DNA from: Okamejei kenojei
Lineage: Eukaryota
Assembly (NCBI GenBank): GCA_035221665.1
Contig: CM069145.1
Span: forward strand, 52,700,001 to 52,764,000
DNA length: 64,000 nt
Direction: 5' to 3'
Shown here: one piece after another, positions 26,420 through 41,149 of the stretch
Position numbering within the stretch: position 1 is the stretch's first letter
How the letters are laid out: every line of letters starts with the position of its first letter
Program-made: the position numbers and the translations under genes
The notes under the pieces: generated by a model
The model's input: only the letters and a program-made list of their open reading frames with translations
Databases searched by the model: none
What the model was told of the DNA's origin: nothing

Positions 26420-26845
26420 AACCATATAACATATAACCATATAACAATTACAGCACGGAGACAGGCCCTCTCGGCCCTTCCAGTCCGTGCCGACCATTTG
26501 TTTTCCCCTAGTCCCATCTACCTGCACTCAGACCATACCCCTCCATTCCCTTCAGGTCCATATACCTATTCACTTTACTTTTAAATGTTAAAATCGATCC
26601 TGCCTCCACCACCTCTGCTGGAAGCTCATTCCACACAGCCACCACCCTCTGAGTAAAGAAGTTCCCCCTCACGTTACCCCTAAACTTCTGTCCCTTAATT
26701 CTCATGTCATGCCCTCTTGTTTGAATCTTCCCTACCCTCAATGGGAAAAGCTTATCCACGTCAACTCTGTCTATCCCTTTCATCATTTTAAAGACCTCAA
26801 TCAAGTCCCCCCTTAACCTTCTGCGCTCCAAAGAATAAAGACCTA
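26420..26845 (-). mobile_element. Young CR1 LINE 3' fragment
   Basis: Minus ORF ERRRLRGDLIEVFKMMKG...FFTQRVVAVWNELP and (AACCATAT)n tail; nearly identical to 44940-45355. Confidence 0.9.
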
Positions 26846-29800
26846 TTTTAACTTTGTCCCTTGAGTGTTTTTTCTGTGATCAAGGTTTTGAAGGTGGAGT
26901 ATCTATCTAATGAAAACATAGCATAATAAAGTGTATCTATCAAAAGAGTTTTGACAATAAATGTTTTTGGGTGCTGCACCTTAACATTTGCTTGTATGGA
27001 TTGCAGCATGTTTTATAGTTGCTTCTAACAGTACTCTCCATGTTGCTTGGATGAATGCTATTTAGATGCAAATCTTGTAGCTCTTAGGAATTTTCTCAAA
27101 CCTTAACTGAGTTCTTAGGACAATTTTCTTGAAGTCTGTTTGGCAGTGGGCCAGAAATGAGAATTGAGTTTTGAATAATTTCACTTTGGCCTCTGTGAAA
27201 AGGTTTTGTTTCCCCCTAAACTGCATTTCCTAGTGATTCTATCCATGCTCAATAGATTGAAGAGAATTGCCTCTGTGGATTTTTTTATAGCAAATGTGAT
27301 TGGAAGCAAGATGGTGTATGGTCATATTAAACACATTATTTTACTTAAGTAGGTTTATTTAATCTCTAGCAAACGAGAAAGTGAATTAATAATTATCAGC
27401 AGAAGAGCTTTTTATTATCTGTGGCAAGATAGAATGCAACAAAATACTTCCAATGATTATAATATAAGTTTTGACTCTACGTTGTATTTTTCCTGTTTCT
27501 CTGTGTCTAATCAGTTAAGTGATTTTGAACCAACTGGATTTTTTAAATCCTTATCAATTTTAGAACAGCTTTTGTTAATTCTTTTCTATGAACCTTCATG
27601 GCATTGTGACCTGAGACACAAAATAATCAGTGCGTGGGCTAATTTATCCATTAGGGGTGGATTTATTTGAAAGATAATGTAACCATTACTCAATCAAATA
27701 AATTGCTAAATTACTAAATAAAATGGATCGGTATGGTTGGAAACATTTGCTTTGCATTTTGTGGTCCAATTCAATAGGTTGTTATGGGAGATTTTCCTTT
27801 GGAATTGAAAACTAATGAATCACTAATTTTACGTCCAGTAACTATTCAATAGTTTTTTGGTTTTAACTGAAATATTAAAGTGCGACTGCGTTTGGAAATA
27901 TCCATTAGCCAGAAATAACAGATAACATTGACTCATGCAGCAAGCAACTGCAGAATTCAAGATCAACATTGATCTGTCTGATTTGGACAAATAAAATGAA
28001 TGTCTAATGAAAATACAATGAAAGGGTATGGGCTCCTTTAAATCTGTTTAAACTAGATATAATACAACCCTAACACCATTCACAAAAAGGTATATTTAAA
28101 ATGTAAATACAAAATACAACCTATGGAGGAGAACATTGGAATTTGTTCTCAATCTCCAACATGGGCTCACTGCTAACCACAGCAATAATTTTTCTCCTGC
28201 GTTCCCCAATTTCCAGACTTTCCAAACAGTTTCTAAAAATAAACAGTTCATGATATCTCGCCAACTTTTTGGTATATTCCCCGGCCTTCTGATTTTTAAC
28301 TAATAGGAGCGACTGATCCACCTGAACATGTACTTTAAAACAGTCATGGAAGACCTTTCTTCTATTCACCAAGCTCATTTGGATGCCTGAAAATGTGACA
28401 TCACAGTTGCCTCTTTTGGGTTGTCTTAAGGACTCTCTCTGGTCATGTGAGGAGGCTAAAACTGAACAAAGGTGCTTTCAAACTTAGTATTTTTATTTTT
28501 TAAATTGGACTAACCTAGCATTGCAATGGAAACACCTGTAGCCTTGTATCCTGGTTTTAGAGTAATATAATTTGCATATTTATTAATTCCCTTTTGTGAC
28601 TTGATGTCCAAATGTGCATTGAGGTTGATGAAGTACTTTTGAAATGCAGTCAATACTGCACTGTAAGAAATCTCGCGGACAAGAAATATAGAGGAAGGGT
28701 GTGCATGTAACAATATGGTGATGATCAGATTGCCAGTTTTCAGTTAGATTGGTCAAGGGATAGCATTACTTTGGATACCACTGGTGTATGGGGTAGAAAT
28801 TATCTTGCTATGGAACCTAATGAGTCCAGCTCCATCAGCACAAACTAGATTTTCAACCTGTATAGTTTGCTGGATTGAGACAAAAACCAGCATGAGGGGG
28901 AAAAAAGGTAAAGTAAGTAAATATTTTGCACACTTAATGGTAGCAACAAACTTGGTGGCGTAGCTCACAATTATGGTTTCAGAAACTTGCTGATTTGAAA
29001 TATAGCCGAGCATTTTTAATCAGTTGGCATATATGGAAGTGCCATTGCGTGTAGTTCCTTTTTTAGAAGGTGGAAGTGATAAAGAATGCTAAGACTTCAG
29101 AAAATGAATAAAAAGTTAACTCTTTGGATTTCAAAAAAATATGTTGAACATTAATGTGCTTATCCCTGTCCTCATTCTTTTACTTTTTGAGTGTCATGTT
29201 TATTTTTCAGCACGTGTACATCTTAAATTTACAGAATCCTGTAGCTTATCCACATATTTGTCTGCTTCAATGTTGATTGAACAGTGCCATCTGTTTGAAC
29301 TTGGTAAAGGAAAGCGTGTATTCTTCAAAATATATTTTGATAGTTGGCCATGTGAATGCCATAGTTGGCACTGCTGCAAGTATATTGGAGATTACTTTTT
29401 TTTTCAAGTAAGGAAAGGAATATCCACTTGTATATTGGCTCAACGATCTTTCAAATTTAAGGTAGACAAAATTGCTGGAGAAACTCAGCGGGTGAGGCAG
29501 TATCTATGGAGCGAAGGAATAGGTGACATTTCGGGTCGTGATCCTCCACCTTTTGTAGGGGGTAGGGGTTGGTAAGCTGAGAGGGCATTGTTTTCCTGGC
29601 TGATCATGAGAGTAAAAATTAAATGGAATAAGAAAACATTACAGTTTCTAGCTGCTGTGAAGAAGCATTTTGTAGTTAAAAAAACAAAAGTTGATCCATT
29701 GTATTATTTGCGCATCCTGGACCATTTGGAATTGGGGATTTTATTTACGATTGAGTCCATTGCGTGCTTTTGTGAAAAGGTCTGTGCGATTTACTGCAAT

Positions 29801-31789
29801 ATATGTATCAATTGTATCCCTTCTGTATATTTTACCAAGTGAGTGCAATTAATATGTATTGTATTGTGAGATCATGTTTAAACTCTTAATGCACAACAAG
29901 GCATCAATAATTAGGCCAAACGTGACCAGTTCAAGTCAATTCTTAGTGGCTGAGGAGACAATCTCAGAATGGAGAGAGCCATGAACGAGGGTTGTAGCGA
30001 TGATTCAGAAGGTGGCAGAATAACCTGATGTATTGGGATGTGGCTGTAGTTATCAAAGGATCAGTTCTATATGTTGAATGTTAAAGGTTCTTAGTCCATT
30101 GTAAAATTTATGGAAAGTCTATTTGGCATGTGAACTTTTATCCACTTTATGGAAATTATGGGTTTTTTACAATTAGATTAAGGAGAAATGCAGTATATTT
30201 CAGAATTTTAGTAGTGCAGGTGTTAATTGGTTTTCATGCTTTCATACAAATGAATGTATTGATATTATTTGACAGTTATGCAATTGACTGATGATGCATT
30301 TAATAGATTTTCCATAGAAGAATGCCTTGTGTGCGGAATGATTCGTGTTGAGGTTGAATCAGCCCTTGCATGTGCAAGATTACAGATTTAAAAAGATAGG
30401 GTATAGAAATGAATTTGAGCAATTGTAAATCAGATTCATGGAGGCAATACTTTAAATTCTGCCACAATGATTTGTATCACTAAATAGTTTGAGCTTTTCT
30501 CTCCAATTCTGCATTGGGAAAATCTTCTGAAACAGAAGGGCATGTATTGTAGTTCATTGTTAATATACTGTGGATTCCACAAGTTGGTGTAAAGTTCAGA
30601 CAGATGTATGATGTGCATATGAAATAAAAAGAAGCGTAAAGTACACTTTTTTTATTTCAAAATTATTTGAAAGTGCTAATTACCAGAGCACATGCTCCTA
30701 ATTTGCTTGCAGAGCTTTGTTGATAATTTGAGCATATTATAAATCATGCTTTACCCGTGCTTCCTGTCACCACATATATAATGTCAGCCGTTCCATCATA
30801 AATTCATTTTGTTTGCATCATGCCTTAACCCTGTATAGACAATGCAGAATTGGTTTTATTAATACATCTTACTTTTCGTATTGAAGTCAGCTTTTCATGT
30901 TAGCAATTTGTCTTTGTGACCTGACAATTACTTAAAGTGGAAAAATAATGACCAGATCAAGAACCTACATAAATAGATTTTTAGGGTGATTAGGAAGGCA
31001 AATGGTATGTTGGATGGATTACAAGAGGAGTAAAGGTGTCTTGATGCAAGGAGCCTTTAGGAGACTGGATTTGAAATATTGTTTATAACTTTAGTCTCCT
31101 TGTCTAAAATCAATCAAAGTGTGCCATAGAGGAACTAGAGTGAAAAATCAACTGATTGATCCAGGGTTGCTGGTTTTGCAGTATGACACTAGGCTTGTGT
31201 TCTCAAGTTTCAAAAGTGAGACGAGATCTCAGTGAAACCTAGAAAACTTTGTGTTGATATGGCTGAAACGTTGCAAATAAGAAGTTTTGGTCTTGGAATA
31301 AGGCCATTTAAGACTGATGAATAGAAATGTCTTCATGCAGAGAATGGTGAACCTTCGGAATTCTGTCTGCCTTGAAAATACTAGGACGGCAATCACGGAG
31401 TTCATTCATAATGTAGATGGACATTTCTGCATGTTAAGGAAATTGAGGGATATAAGGATTGTACAGGAAAGTAACATTGAGGTAATAGATTACACACGAT
31501 GACTGGTGAACAACGCTAGAAGGGCTAACTGGCCAACTCGTTATTTATTTTAACCTATTTCAAACAGTTAAGAACCCAAATATTCACCACAGTTGATTAA
31601 AATGTTTGGCCAAACTCTATTTCAGAATTGGTTCTTGCCACTTAGGATGAATAAGTCTGAAGAAAAGTTTTGGCGAACTAGACAATTTCTAGAGTGGGCC
31701 CACACGTACAAAACTTGCCTGAAGTCAGTACTAAAGAGAAAGCTGAAGCATTGGCAAGGATCCTCAGCCAAAAGCACCAGTAGTGGTTG

Positions 31790-33470
31790 ATTCATCTCAT
31801 CCGCTTCCAGTGGACCCAGCGTGATAGATACGTGTCTTCGGCCAATTTAATTCATTCCATGTGATGTCCAGAAAGGAATTGAATGAAGCAAAGAATGTTG
31901 TCTCTAAAAACATTCTGCAAATAGTGCTGAAGGCTTGTGTTCTGGAACCCTCCATCATTGTCCAAGTTGTTCCAGTACATCCACGGCACTGGTGTCCACC
32001 TGACAATGTTGAAAATTGCCCAGTTGCGTCCTGTCCAAGAAAAGCAGGAGAAATCTCACCCAGCCAACTACTGCCCCATTAGTTTATTCTCGATCATTAG
32101 TAAAATTAAATAGCGACAGAGTCGGACTGTGTGGAAACTGGTCCAACTTGCCAATGCCAACCTATGTTTGGCAACCCCTCTAAACATGTTCTATCCAAAT
32201 GTTTCTTAAATGAAAGGGTTGGTTGATCGTGCTGTCAGTCGGCACTTTGCAACAACCTGCTCACAGAAACTCTTTTTGGGTTTGCCAAAGTCACTCAACT
32301 CTAACCTTATTACAGCCTTGGTCCAAAAATGGACAAAAGCACTGAACACCAAAGGTGAATGAGTAATTACTCTTAAAATCAAGGCAAGATTTGTTACCAG
32401 GCTGAAAGGAAGGTGGTTGTGGTGATTGAAGGTCAGTAATTTCAGGCATGGGACATCTCTGCAGAAGCCCCGGGTGTTGTCTGAGGTACTTCCATTGTTA
32501 GCTGCTTCATTAATGAATGTCCTTCAATCACAAGAGTAGAAGAAGTAGGGTTGTTCGCACTCTGTACATTGTTCAGCAACATTCACCACGACTCTGGTAT
32601 TCAAGTAGTCCATGTTACTTGTCACCAAGTTTCCAGGCAATGGCAATATCCAACAGCAAAAATTCCTGCCGTCATCCCTGGACATTCAGTGACGTTGTCG
32701 TCACTGAATCCTCCAGCAGTAATATCCTATGGGGTATCATTGATCTGAAACCGAATTGAAGTAGAAACAAGGAACTGCAGATGCTTGTTTATACTATATA
32801 AAGTGCTGGAGTAGATTAGCAGGTCAGGCAGCATCTCTGGAGAAAAAGAATAGACAACGTTTGGGTTGGGAACCTTATGCAGACTGAAAGCGAGGTGAGG
32901 GTGTTGGAGAGCTGGTGGCCAGAAAAGACCAGGACCAATCATGGGCTGGCCACAAATGACCTTGGGTAGAGGAGTGAGTAGCTATGTACCCAATGTGGCT
33001 ATAAAAGGTCAGAGGTTGGGAATCCTGTGGTGTGCAACTCGTCCCCTAACTCCCCAAAGACTCTCCACCATTTACAAGGCTCAAGTCTGGAGTATGATGC
33101 AATACTCCGCACTGGCTGGATGAGTGCAGCTTCGACAATACACAAGAAGATCTACACCATACAGAGCATGGCAGCTTGCTTGATAGGTCTCTTGTCCACA
33201 ACCATTCACTTCGTAAGCAATTACTCAGTAGCAGCAGTTAGTGCCATCTACATTTCTCACCAAGACTCCTTGGACAACACCTTTTAAGACCGTGACTGTA
33301 CCAGCTAAAAAGACATGGACAGCAAAGTGCAGGAACGCCATCTGGAAGTTTGCTCCAACCTGCACCTCAAGGGTCGTAGCAGTTCAAGGCACAACCTTGA
33401 GGGCAATTACTGATGGGCAATTTAAATGGTGGCTCAGTCTACAAATCTCACATCCTATGAATGAACAATA
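31790..33470 (+). mobile_element. Old CR1/L2-group LINE RT remnant with nested repeat insertions (e.g. 32760-32965)
   Basis: CCAGCCAACTACTGCCCCATTAGT (NYxPIS), and LSTIYKAQV..MMQYS in ORF 32941-33123. Confidence 0.6.
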
Positions 33471-34069
33471 AAATAAAAATTGATCCACATTGGGCGCAGG
33501 AAGGATACTTGAGTATGTGGTATTGCGCTTGATGTTTGAGATGTCTTTACAGGTGCTCTTAAAGGGGCTTGGGAAGTGCCGCCAATGGTAGTGCTTTGGA
33601 GAAAATTATTTCTTTCTCTCGGCACTGGTATTTGTGTCTTGAAAATTGGGACCCAAAATGTGACTTGCAATGGCTGTGGCTCATGATTTTACTTAACTAA
33701 ATTTCCATTATGTTTTGCATTACTTTCAAGGTTATGTTTTCTAGAATAGGGCAGTAGAATATTACTAAAGTTAGGCATGCATTTGTGTAACCTATGTGTA
33801 GTACCTTAATTACTTTGACTGTCAGGAAGCCAAATGCAATGCAACCATTCATTTCGAGGGAATTTGAATATAAAAGTAAGGATGTAATACTGAAGCTTTG
33901 TAAGGGGCAGATTAGCCAACAATTGGAATATTGTGAGCAGTTTTGGTCCCCATACATGAGAATGGGTATGCTGGCGTTGGAGAGGTTTACAAGAATGATC
34001 CCTGGGGACGATTGGGTTAACGTCTGAAGAGTGTTTGTGGGCTCTAGGCCTGCACTTGCTGGAGATTAG

Positions 34070-37000
34070 GTGCATCCAGGAAGACAAAGGCTTCCTGGGC
34101 ACGACCTATAGTCAGATTGTCACTCCAAGAGTGCAGGGGGTGCTACGGGTAGGGGCGGAAAGAAAGAGGATGAAGCGGGTGCAGGAGACCTTGGTGGAAG
34201 TTCTTCTTGCAAATAGGTACGCCCTCTTGGGAGCTGTTGGGGCAGATGATGCTTCCAGTCCGAGTGGCAGACAGGTAGGTGGCTCCAATCCTCCATTGTC
34301 TGATGGCAGGAGATAGCAGAGAAACTAGAGATGGAAAGATGTCTCGGAACATAGAGGGAAGGTGAGCAGCACCTACAAGTGGTTGTGCATGTAGGCATCA
34401 ACGACGTCGTGACAAAGAGGAAGGAGGTTCTGCAACGTGAGTTTAGAGAGTTAGATAGAAGGCTGAAAAGCAGGACCTCTAGGTTGGTTATCTCTGGATT
34501 GCTTCCAACCTCATGCTGGTGATACGGGATCTAAATGTGTGGCTAAGGGACCGGTGCAAGGAGCAGAGATTTAGATTTATAGACCACTGGGACCTCTTCT
34601 GGGGTAGGGGTGACCTCTACAAAAGGGACGGGTTACACTTTAACTGGGGTAACCAACATTCTGACAGGCAGGTTTGCTCGTGTGAAACGGGTGGGTTTAA
34701 ACTAAATAGTGGGGGGGACATGGCTGCAAGAGGATCAGAGCTGGGAACTGAATATTCAGGGGTATATGTTCTATCGAAAAGACATACAGGTGGGCAGAGG
34801 GGGTGGGGGACTCTGTTAGTAAGGAATGAAATTCAGTCCCTTGCTAAGGGTGACATAGAATCAGATGTAGGGTCATTAGGGATAGAACTGAGAAATTATA
34901 AGGATGTAAAGACCCTGATGGGAGTTATGTACAGGGCCCCAAATAACCTGGAAGCAAGGGTGCAAGTTGCATCAGGAGCTAAAATTGGCATGTACTATGG
35001 TGGTTATTTGCAACATGCAGGCAGACTGGGAAAATCAGGTTGGTACTTGACCCCAAGAAATGGAGTTTGTAGAGTGCCTGCGAGATGGATTCTTAAAGTA
35101 GCTTATACTGGAGTAATTCTGTTTAGTGTTGTGTAATGAACTGGATTTGAGGTAAAGGAACCATGAGGACCGTAATAATGTTTTTAAATTTGATAAAATC
35201 AGCAGTCAGTTTTTTTTTATTGAGAGGAAAGCAATGGTTTCATCAAAAGACAAAAAGGGAAGTCAAATAACATAGCAAAGGTGAGCGGGAAGCCGGAGGA
35301 TTGGGAAACGTTTAAAGATCAACAGAAGATAGCTAAAAAGGCAATACGGGAAGAAAAGATGAGGTACGAAGGTAAGCTAGCCAAGAATATAAAGGAGGAT
35401 AGTAAAAGCATCAATACCTCTTTGAACCAACTGACAGATTAAAATGAACTGGAAGTTTCTTACAGAACCTTAAATGTCTTTTTTTTAATATGTGAAGAGG
35501 AAAAAATTAGTTAAGACAAATGCGGATCCCTTGAAGACAGAAACAGGTGAATTTATTATGGGGAACAAGGAAATGGCAGACGAGTTGAACAGGTACTTTG
35601 TTTGGTTCTGGCTTCACTAAGGAAGACAATCTCCCAGATGTACTAGGGGACAGAGCAACTGAAGGAAATTCACATTAGGCAGGAAATGGTGTTGTGTAGA
35701 CTGATGGGACTGAAGGCTGATAGTCTGCATTGCAGGGTACACAAGGAGGTGGCTCTAGAAATCGTGAACGCATTAGTGATCATTTTCCAATGTTCTATAG
35801 ATTCTGGATCAGTTCCTGTGGATTGGAGGGTAGCTAATGTTATCCCACTTTTTAAGAAAGATGGGAGAGAGAAAGCAGGGAATTATAAACCAGTTAGCCT
35901 GACATCAGTGGTGGGGAAGATACTGGAGTCAATTATTAAAGATGTAATGGCGCATTTGGATAGTAGTGACAGTATTGGTCCAAGTCAACGTGGATTTACG
36001 AATCCTGACAAATCTGGATTTTTTTGAGGATTTAACAAGTAAAATGGACAAGGGAGAGCCAGTGGATGTAGTGTACCTGGGCTTTCAGAAAGCCTTTGAT
36101 AAGGTCCCACACAGGAGATTAGTGGGCAAAGTTAGAGCACATGGTATTGGAGGTAGGGTACTGACATGGATAGAAAATTGGTTGGCAGACAGGAAACAGA
36201 GTAAGGATTAACGGGTCCCTTTCAGAATGGCAGGCAGTGACTAGTGGGGTATTGCAAGGCTTGGTGCTGGGACCGCAGCTGTTTACAATATACATTAATG
36301 ATTTAGATGAAGGAATTAAAAGTAACATTAGCAAATTTGCAGATTACACAAAGCTGGGTGGCAGTGTGAACTGTGAAGAGGATGCAGGGTGACTTAGAAT
36401 CATAGAAAATAGGTGCAGTAGGCCATTCAGCCCTTCGAGCCTGCACCGCCATTCAGTATGATCATGACTGATCATCCAACTCCGTATCCTGTTCCTGACT
36501 TCTCTCCATACCCCCTGATCCCTTTAGCCACAAGGGCCACATCTAACTCCCCCTTAAATATAGCCAATGAACTGGCCTCAACTACCTTAATGTGGCAGAG
36601 AATTCCACAGATTCACCACTCTGTGTGAAAAATGATTTTCTCATCTCTGTCCTAAAAGACTCCCCCCTTATCCTTAAACTGACCCCTTGTTCTGGAGTTC
36701 CCCAACATCGGGAACAATCTTCCTGCATCCAGCCTGTCCAACCCCTTAAAAAGTTTGTAAGTCTCTATAAGATCCCCCCTCAATCTTCTAAATTCCAGCG
36801 AGTACAAGCCAAGTCTATTCAGTCTTTCTTCATATGGAAGTCCTGCCATCCCAGATATCAGTCTGGTGAACCTTCTCTGTACTCCCTCTATGGCAAGAAT
36901 GTCTTTCCTCAGATTAGGACGGGTTGGGTGAGTGGGCAGGTGAAGTATAAGATGGATAAATGTGAGGTTACCTACTTTGGTGGCAAGAACAAGAAGGCAG

Positions 37001-37750
37001 ATTATTATTTGAATGGTGTCAGGTTAGGAAAAGGGGAAGTACGAGACCTGGGTGTCCTTGTACATTAGTCACTGAAAGTAATCATGCAGGTACAGCAGGC
37101 AGTGAAGCAAGCTAATGGTATGTTGGCCTTCATAGCGAGATAAATTTAGTATGGGAGCAAAGAGGTCCTTCTGCAGTTGTACAGGCCCTGGTGAGACCAC
37201 ACCTGGAGTATTGTGTGCAGTTTTGGTCTCCTAATTTGAGGAAGGAGATTCTTGCTATTGAGGGAGTGCAGCGTAGGTTTCACAAAGATAATTCCTGGGA
37301 TGGCGGGACTGTCATATGATGAAAGAATGGAGTGACTGGGCTTGTATTCACTGGAATTCAGAAGGATCAGAGGGGATCTTATAGAAACATATAAAATTAT
37401 TAAGGGATTTGACACGCTAGATGCAGGAAATGTGTTCCCGATGTTGGGGGAGTCAAGAACCAGGGGCCACAATTTAAGAATAAGGGGTAGGCAATTTAGG
37501 ACTGAGGTGAGGACAAACATTTTCGCACAGAGTTGTGAATTTGTGGAATTCTCTGCCTCGGAAGGCAGTGGAAGCCGATTCACTGGATGCCTTTTAAAAG
37601 AGTTCGATAGAGCTCTTAGGGCTAACGGAATCGAGGGATATGGGGAGAAGACAGGAATGAGGTACTGATTGTGGATGATCAGCCATGATCACATTGAATG
37701 GCGGTGCTGGCCCAAAGGGCTGAATGGCCTTCTCCTGCACCTATTGTCTA
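34070..37750 (+). mobile_element. Degenerate, internally deleted CR1 LINE (ORF1 SGNH-esterase remnant plus ORF2 EN/RT fragments)
   Basis: ORF1-like NRYALL, VVHVGIND, DHWDLFWGRGDLYKRDGLH; ORF2-like DWRVANVIPLFKK, NYKPVSLTS, VYLGFQKAFDKVPH, RRIRGDLIETYK; many stops and frameshifts. Confidence 0.85.
36395..36918 (-). mobile_element. CR1 3' fragment nested antisense within the CR1 RT region
   Basis: Host reads GCAGGGTGACTTAGA... and resumes at ...GGGTTGGGTGAGTGGGCAG. The insert encodes LYSLEFRRLRGDLIETYK on the minus strand. Confidence 0.85.
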
Positions 37751-38956
37751 TGTATCTAAGTATGAGGGATGATCTACAAGATAACGAAAGGCCTAGATAG
37801 AATGGATATGGAAAGGATGTTTCCAGTAATGGGAGAGTCTAGAAGGAGAGTGCACAGCCTCATAATAGAAAGACATACCTTTTTGAATGGAGATAGGAAG
37901 AATATCTTTAGCCAGGGGATTGGTGGATCTGTGGAATTCATAGCCACAGGCGGCCGTCGAGACCAAGACATTGGGTATTTTTAAAACAACAGTTCTCCCT
38001 TCTGTGGAAGAGTTTAGGCACGCACAAAGCCAGAGTTTAAATAATCCTCAACGCCTAGGTATAAACTAAGAAATATTTATTTACTGGTGCCACTGTGAAT
38101 TCTTAAATATCCTTGGATTTTTTTCTGCCATTTTAATCTGCACATTTTATCACCATCATGATTTATTTTGTTGTTGATACAAGCTAACTAATTATTAGCT
38201 TGCTTGCTCACAAAAGTTGGGATCATTTTTCAACTGAAGATTAGTTTTAAAAAGTTAAAGTAGTTGGACTTTGAAGATCAAAATGCAGCCATGTGTTAAC
38301 TTTTTGTAACTAAGGATGGGTCAACTTCTGGCAAACAGTTAATTTTTTTTTAAACAAGCAATCTGCTCGATGATCTCAGCCGGTCAGACAGCATCTGTTG
38401 GGGATGGAGCGGGGTGACGAATTGTCAATGTTTCGGGTCAAAACCCTGCATCAGGGTTCATTACCTTCCTGAAATGCCATTTAACTTCATGCACCGGGTC
38501 ACTTGTTGCTCCAGATTTCAACAATGGTAGTCTTTTGTGTCCCCAGATTTTAATTTTCTGTATTTGCAATGCATAGTTTAATAACTTATTATGTAGTTCT
38601 GCTTTGGAATAAAATAGGTAATAGTATTTGCCTTGCTTATCAAAGCATTCTTATTGGTGATGATGGCCAATACAAAGTAATTTACAATTCTGGGTGTGCC
38701 GTCTCTATGTTGAATTCAGTGATCACAGACTATAAAATATGTGCCCTACCCTGTGCCACAAATGCCTGATGATATCGCATGCTGTTTTTTTGAAATAATT
38801 GGTTCGCTGTTCTACCAACTCCTTGTCACCAGAAGAGACCTTATGCACCACTGATATGGATTACCTCTTTATCCCAACCACCCCCTTCCTCTTTGCATCT
38901 CCATACCTGTGGAGGTCTTTTGAATTCCCTTTTTATATTAATGATCATTCTCTTCT

Positions 38957-39183
38957 CAAAGGTAGATAAAAATGCTGGAGAAACTCAGCGGGTGAGGCAG
39001 CATCTATGGAAATAGGTGAAGAAATAGGTGACGTTTCGGGTCGAGACCCTTCAGTCTGAAGAAGGGTCTCGACCCGAAACATCACCCATTCCTTCGCTCC
39101 ATAGATGCTGCCTCACCCGCTGAGTTTCTCCGGCATTTCTATCTACCTTCGATTTTTTCCAGCATCTACAGTTCCTCCTTAAA
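38957..39183. repeat. Inverted pair of Penelope pLTR-derived sequences (hairpin) with hammerhead-like motif at 39053-39084; similar element at ~40250-40440
   Basis: AAGGTAGATAAAAATGCTGGAGAAACTCAGCGGGTGAGGCAGCATCTATGG... mirrored by ...CCATAGATGCTGCCTCACCCGCTGAGTTTCTCCGGCATTTCTATCTACCTT. Confidence 0.85.
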
Positions 39184-41149
39184 CATTCTCTTCTCATATG
39201 CTACATTTACTCCTTGAATTCCTTTCCCCATTTGCCTGATTTCATGCAAGGGTCACCTGACTTTGAATTTCATACTTGTACAGCCTTTTCTCTGTTACCT
39301 TTACTCACAGGAGCTCTATTTCTTATTCCCTTACATTTTTCCCGCAAGGAAGGTATTTTTCCCGCAAGAAAGATTACCCATTAATCCATTTCACTTTCAG
39401 CAACTCATACCTTACTAGTCAGGTCCCTTCTCATACCATTTAAGTTAGCTTCTGTCTGATTCAAAGTTCTTTGGATTTCCTTTTCCTCTTCCATTATGAA
39501 TCAAAACCGGACCAATGGCCAACCTTTTTTCTTTTCTGAGTACCTGGTATGTTTTCAAGCATGTTCTCTTAATTTAGAGCCATGTTTCATTTCTACACTC
39601 AATTACACATCTTATTCGCAATGACTCTCAATTCATCACCTATGTTTTGTGTGATTATACATGTTCTCAACCAATTCTACATTTTACATGCACTGATAAA
39701 TTCCCATATTCTGTTTTTTGTGTTCAATGGTCTGAATCGTGTATAATTTTTAAAAGCCAATATTTGAGATTTTTGTTGTCATTTATAAATATCGAATAGC
39801 TAAGCTAAGTAATGTATAGTCTATACTAGATATTTATCCACTTAAAAGTTATTTGCTGGATCTGATGATTATGGTCTACTGGCTTTACAAAGCATTGAAC
39901 AGATCAAAGTCATGGAGTATATTTTAGTTTGGAGCCTTGTCATGGATTTATACCCTCAAAATAGTCAGCAGGTTATTTGGTAATGTAATGCAGATGTCCT
40001 TGAGGAAAATTTTGCTTTTATCAGCTAAATTCCAAAAATTAATTTGCTAATTTGAATTGAACCCGTTATGTGGTCTCAAATCCTCCATTGTTTGCCAGCT
40101 GTAGTGGTAAGCATTGGTCAAAATAGTGCAGATTGTGTATCAAGGGAATGATCTTGGGTTTGATTTGTCTTTTATGAACGAAGGGAGTCTAATTTATCAG
40201 TTTGATATTCAATTACTTTATTTTGGCAGCAAAAATCGAGTAGAGTGCAGACGCAAGGAACTGATGGAGTCTTGAGCAAAACAGTGCTGGAATAACTCGG
40301 CGGTCAGGCAGCATCTGTGGAGGGAATGGATAGGCGCTGTTTTGGGGTCGAGTCTCAAAAAGGATCCCAATCCGAAACGTTGCCTATCCATTCCCTCCTC
40401 ATCTGCTGACTGACGCGTTGAGTTACTCCAGCGCTTAGTATTTTAATCAAATGCAGTCCATGTTTTGCTTATTTACAAAACCAAAATTGACTTGTTACAA
40501 TGAAAATGAATTTTACACGTGTTAGATTATCAATTGGTAAATCAGAACATTGTTTTAAAACTATCAAAGTTGATAGTTAAATTGTTAATTTGCAAGTTGT
40601 TCACTTGTCTTCAAAGAAACTATAAATCTAATCCAAATTTGAATGATTGGTAGTTAAAACTGTCAATTTATTAGCACAGTTCCTTTTTAAAAATGAAAAA
40701 CAAAATAGTTTCATCAGGTCAATTGATTTGATCTTCTGTTAATGTGCGATTACAATTTAATCCACTCAGAAGATTTAAATGAAAGCGAAAGGAATAAGGA
40801 TGTAGTACTTGAGGAATGGCATTTGTTCTCCAGGGAACTATTGACTTAGCATTCTTGTGGCAAATTTGAAAAGGTTGAAACTTAGCTGTTTTTGTGTAAT
40901 TGTGAAGTGCAACAGAAATTGACCAGTTTGATCCCAAGAGAATCTGCTAAGTCATGGTACTACATATTCTTGGCTTAGAAAGAAATTTGCAACTTTGTGG
41001 AAAAATTGTATAAACCGTTGTATAAAAATTGTATATTGGCTTAACATTTGCTCCTCTGTGCCTTTGTTTCCTTCAGATATCACTACTTCAATAGTCTTCT
41101 GCCAACCTCCCTTGCTCACTTAAAAATATGAAGACATCTAAAACTTGCG

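Noticed and set aside
30820-30850. CCTTAAC...TAG as the U12 branch point and acceptor of intron 1
   Set aside because: The downstream sequence does not encode PTEN exon 2.
39828-39930. AG|ATATTTATCCA, identical to the start of PTEN exon 2 (YIYP)
   Set aside because: It continues LKSYLLDL... rather than NIIAMGFPAE and reaches a stop. There is no TCCTTAAC branch site upstream. Probably chance in AT-rich DNA.
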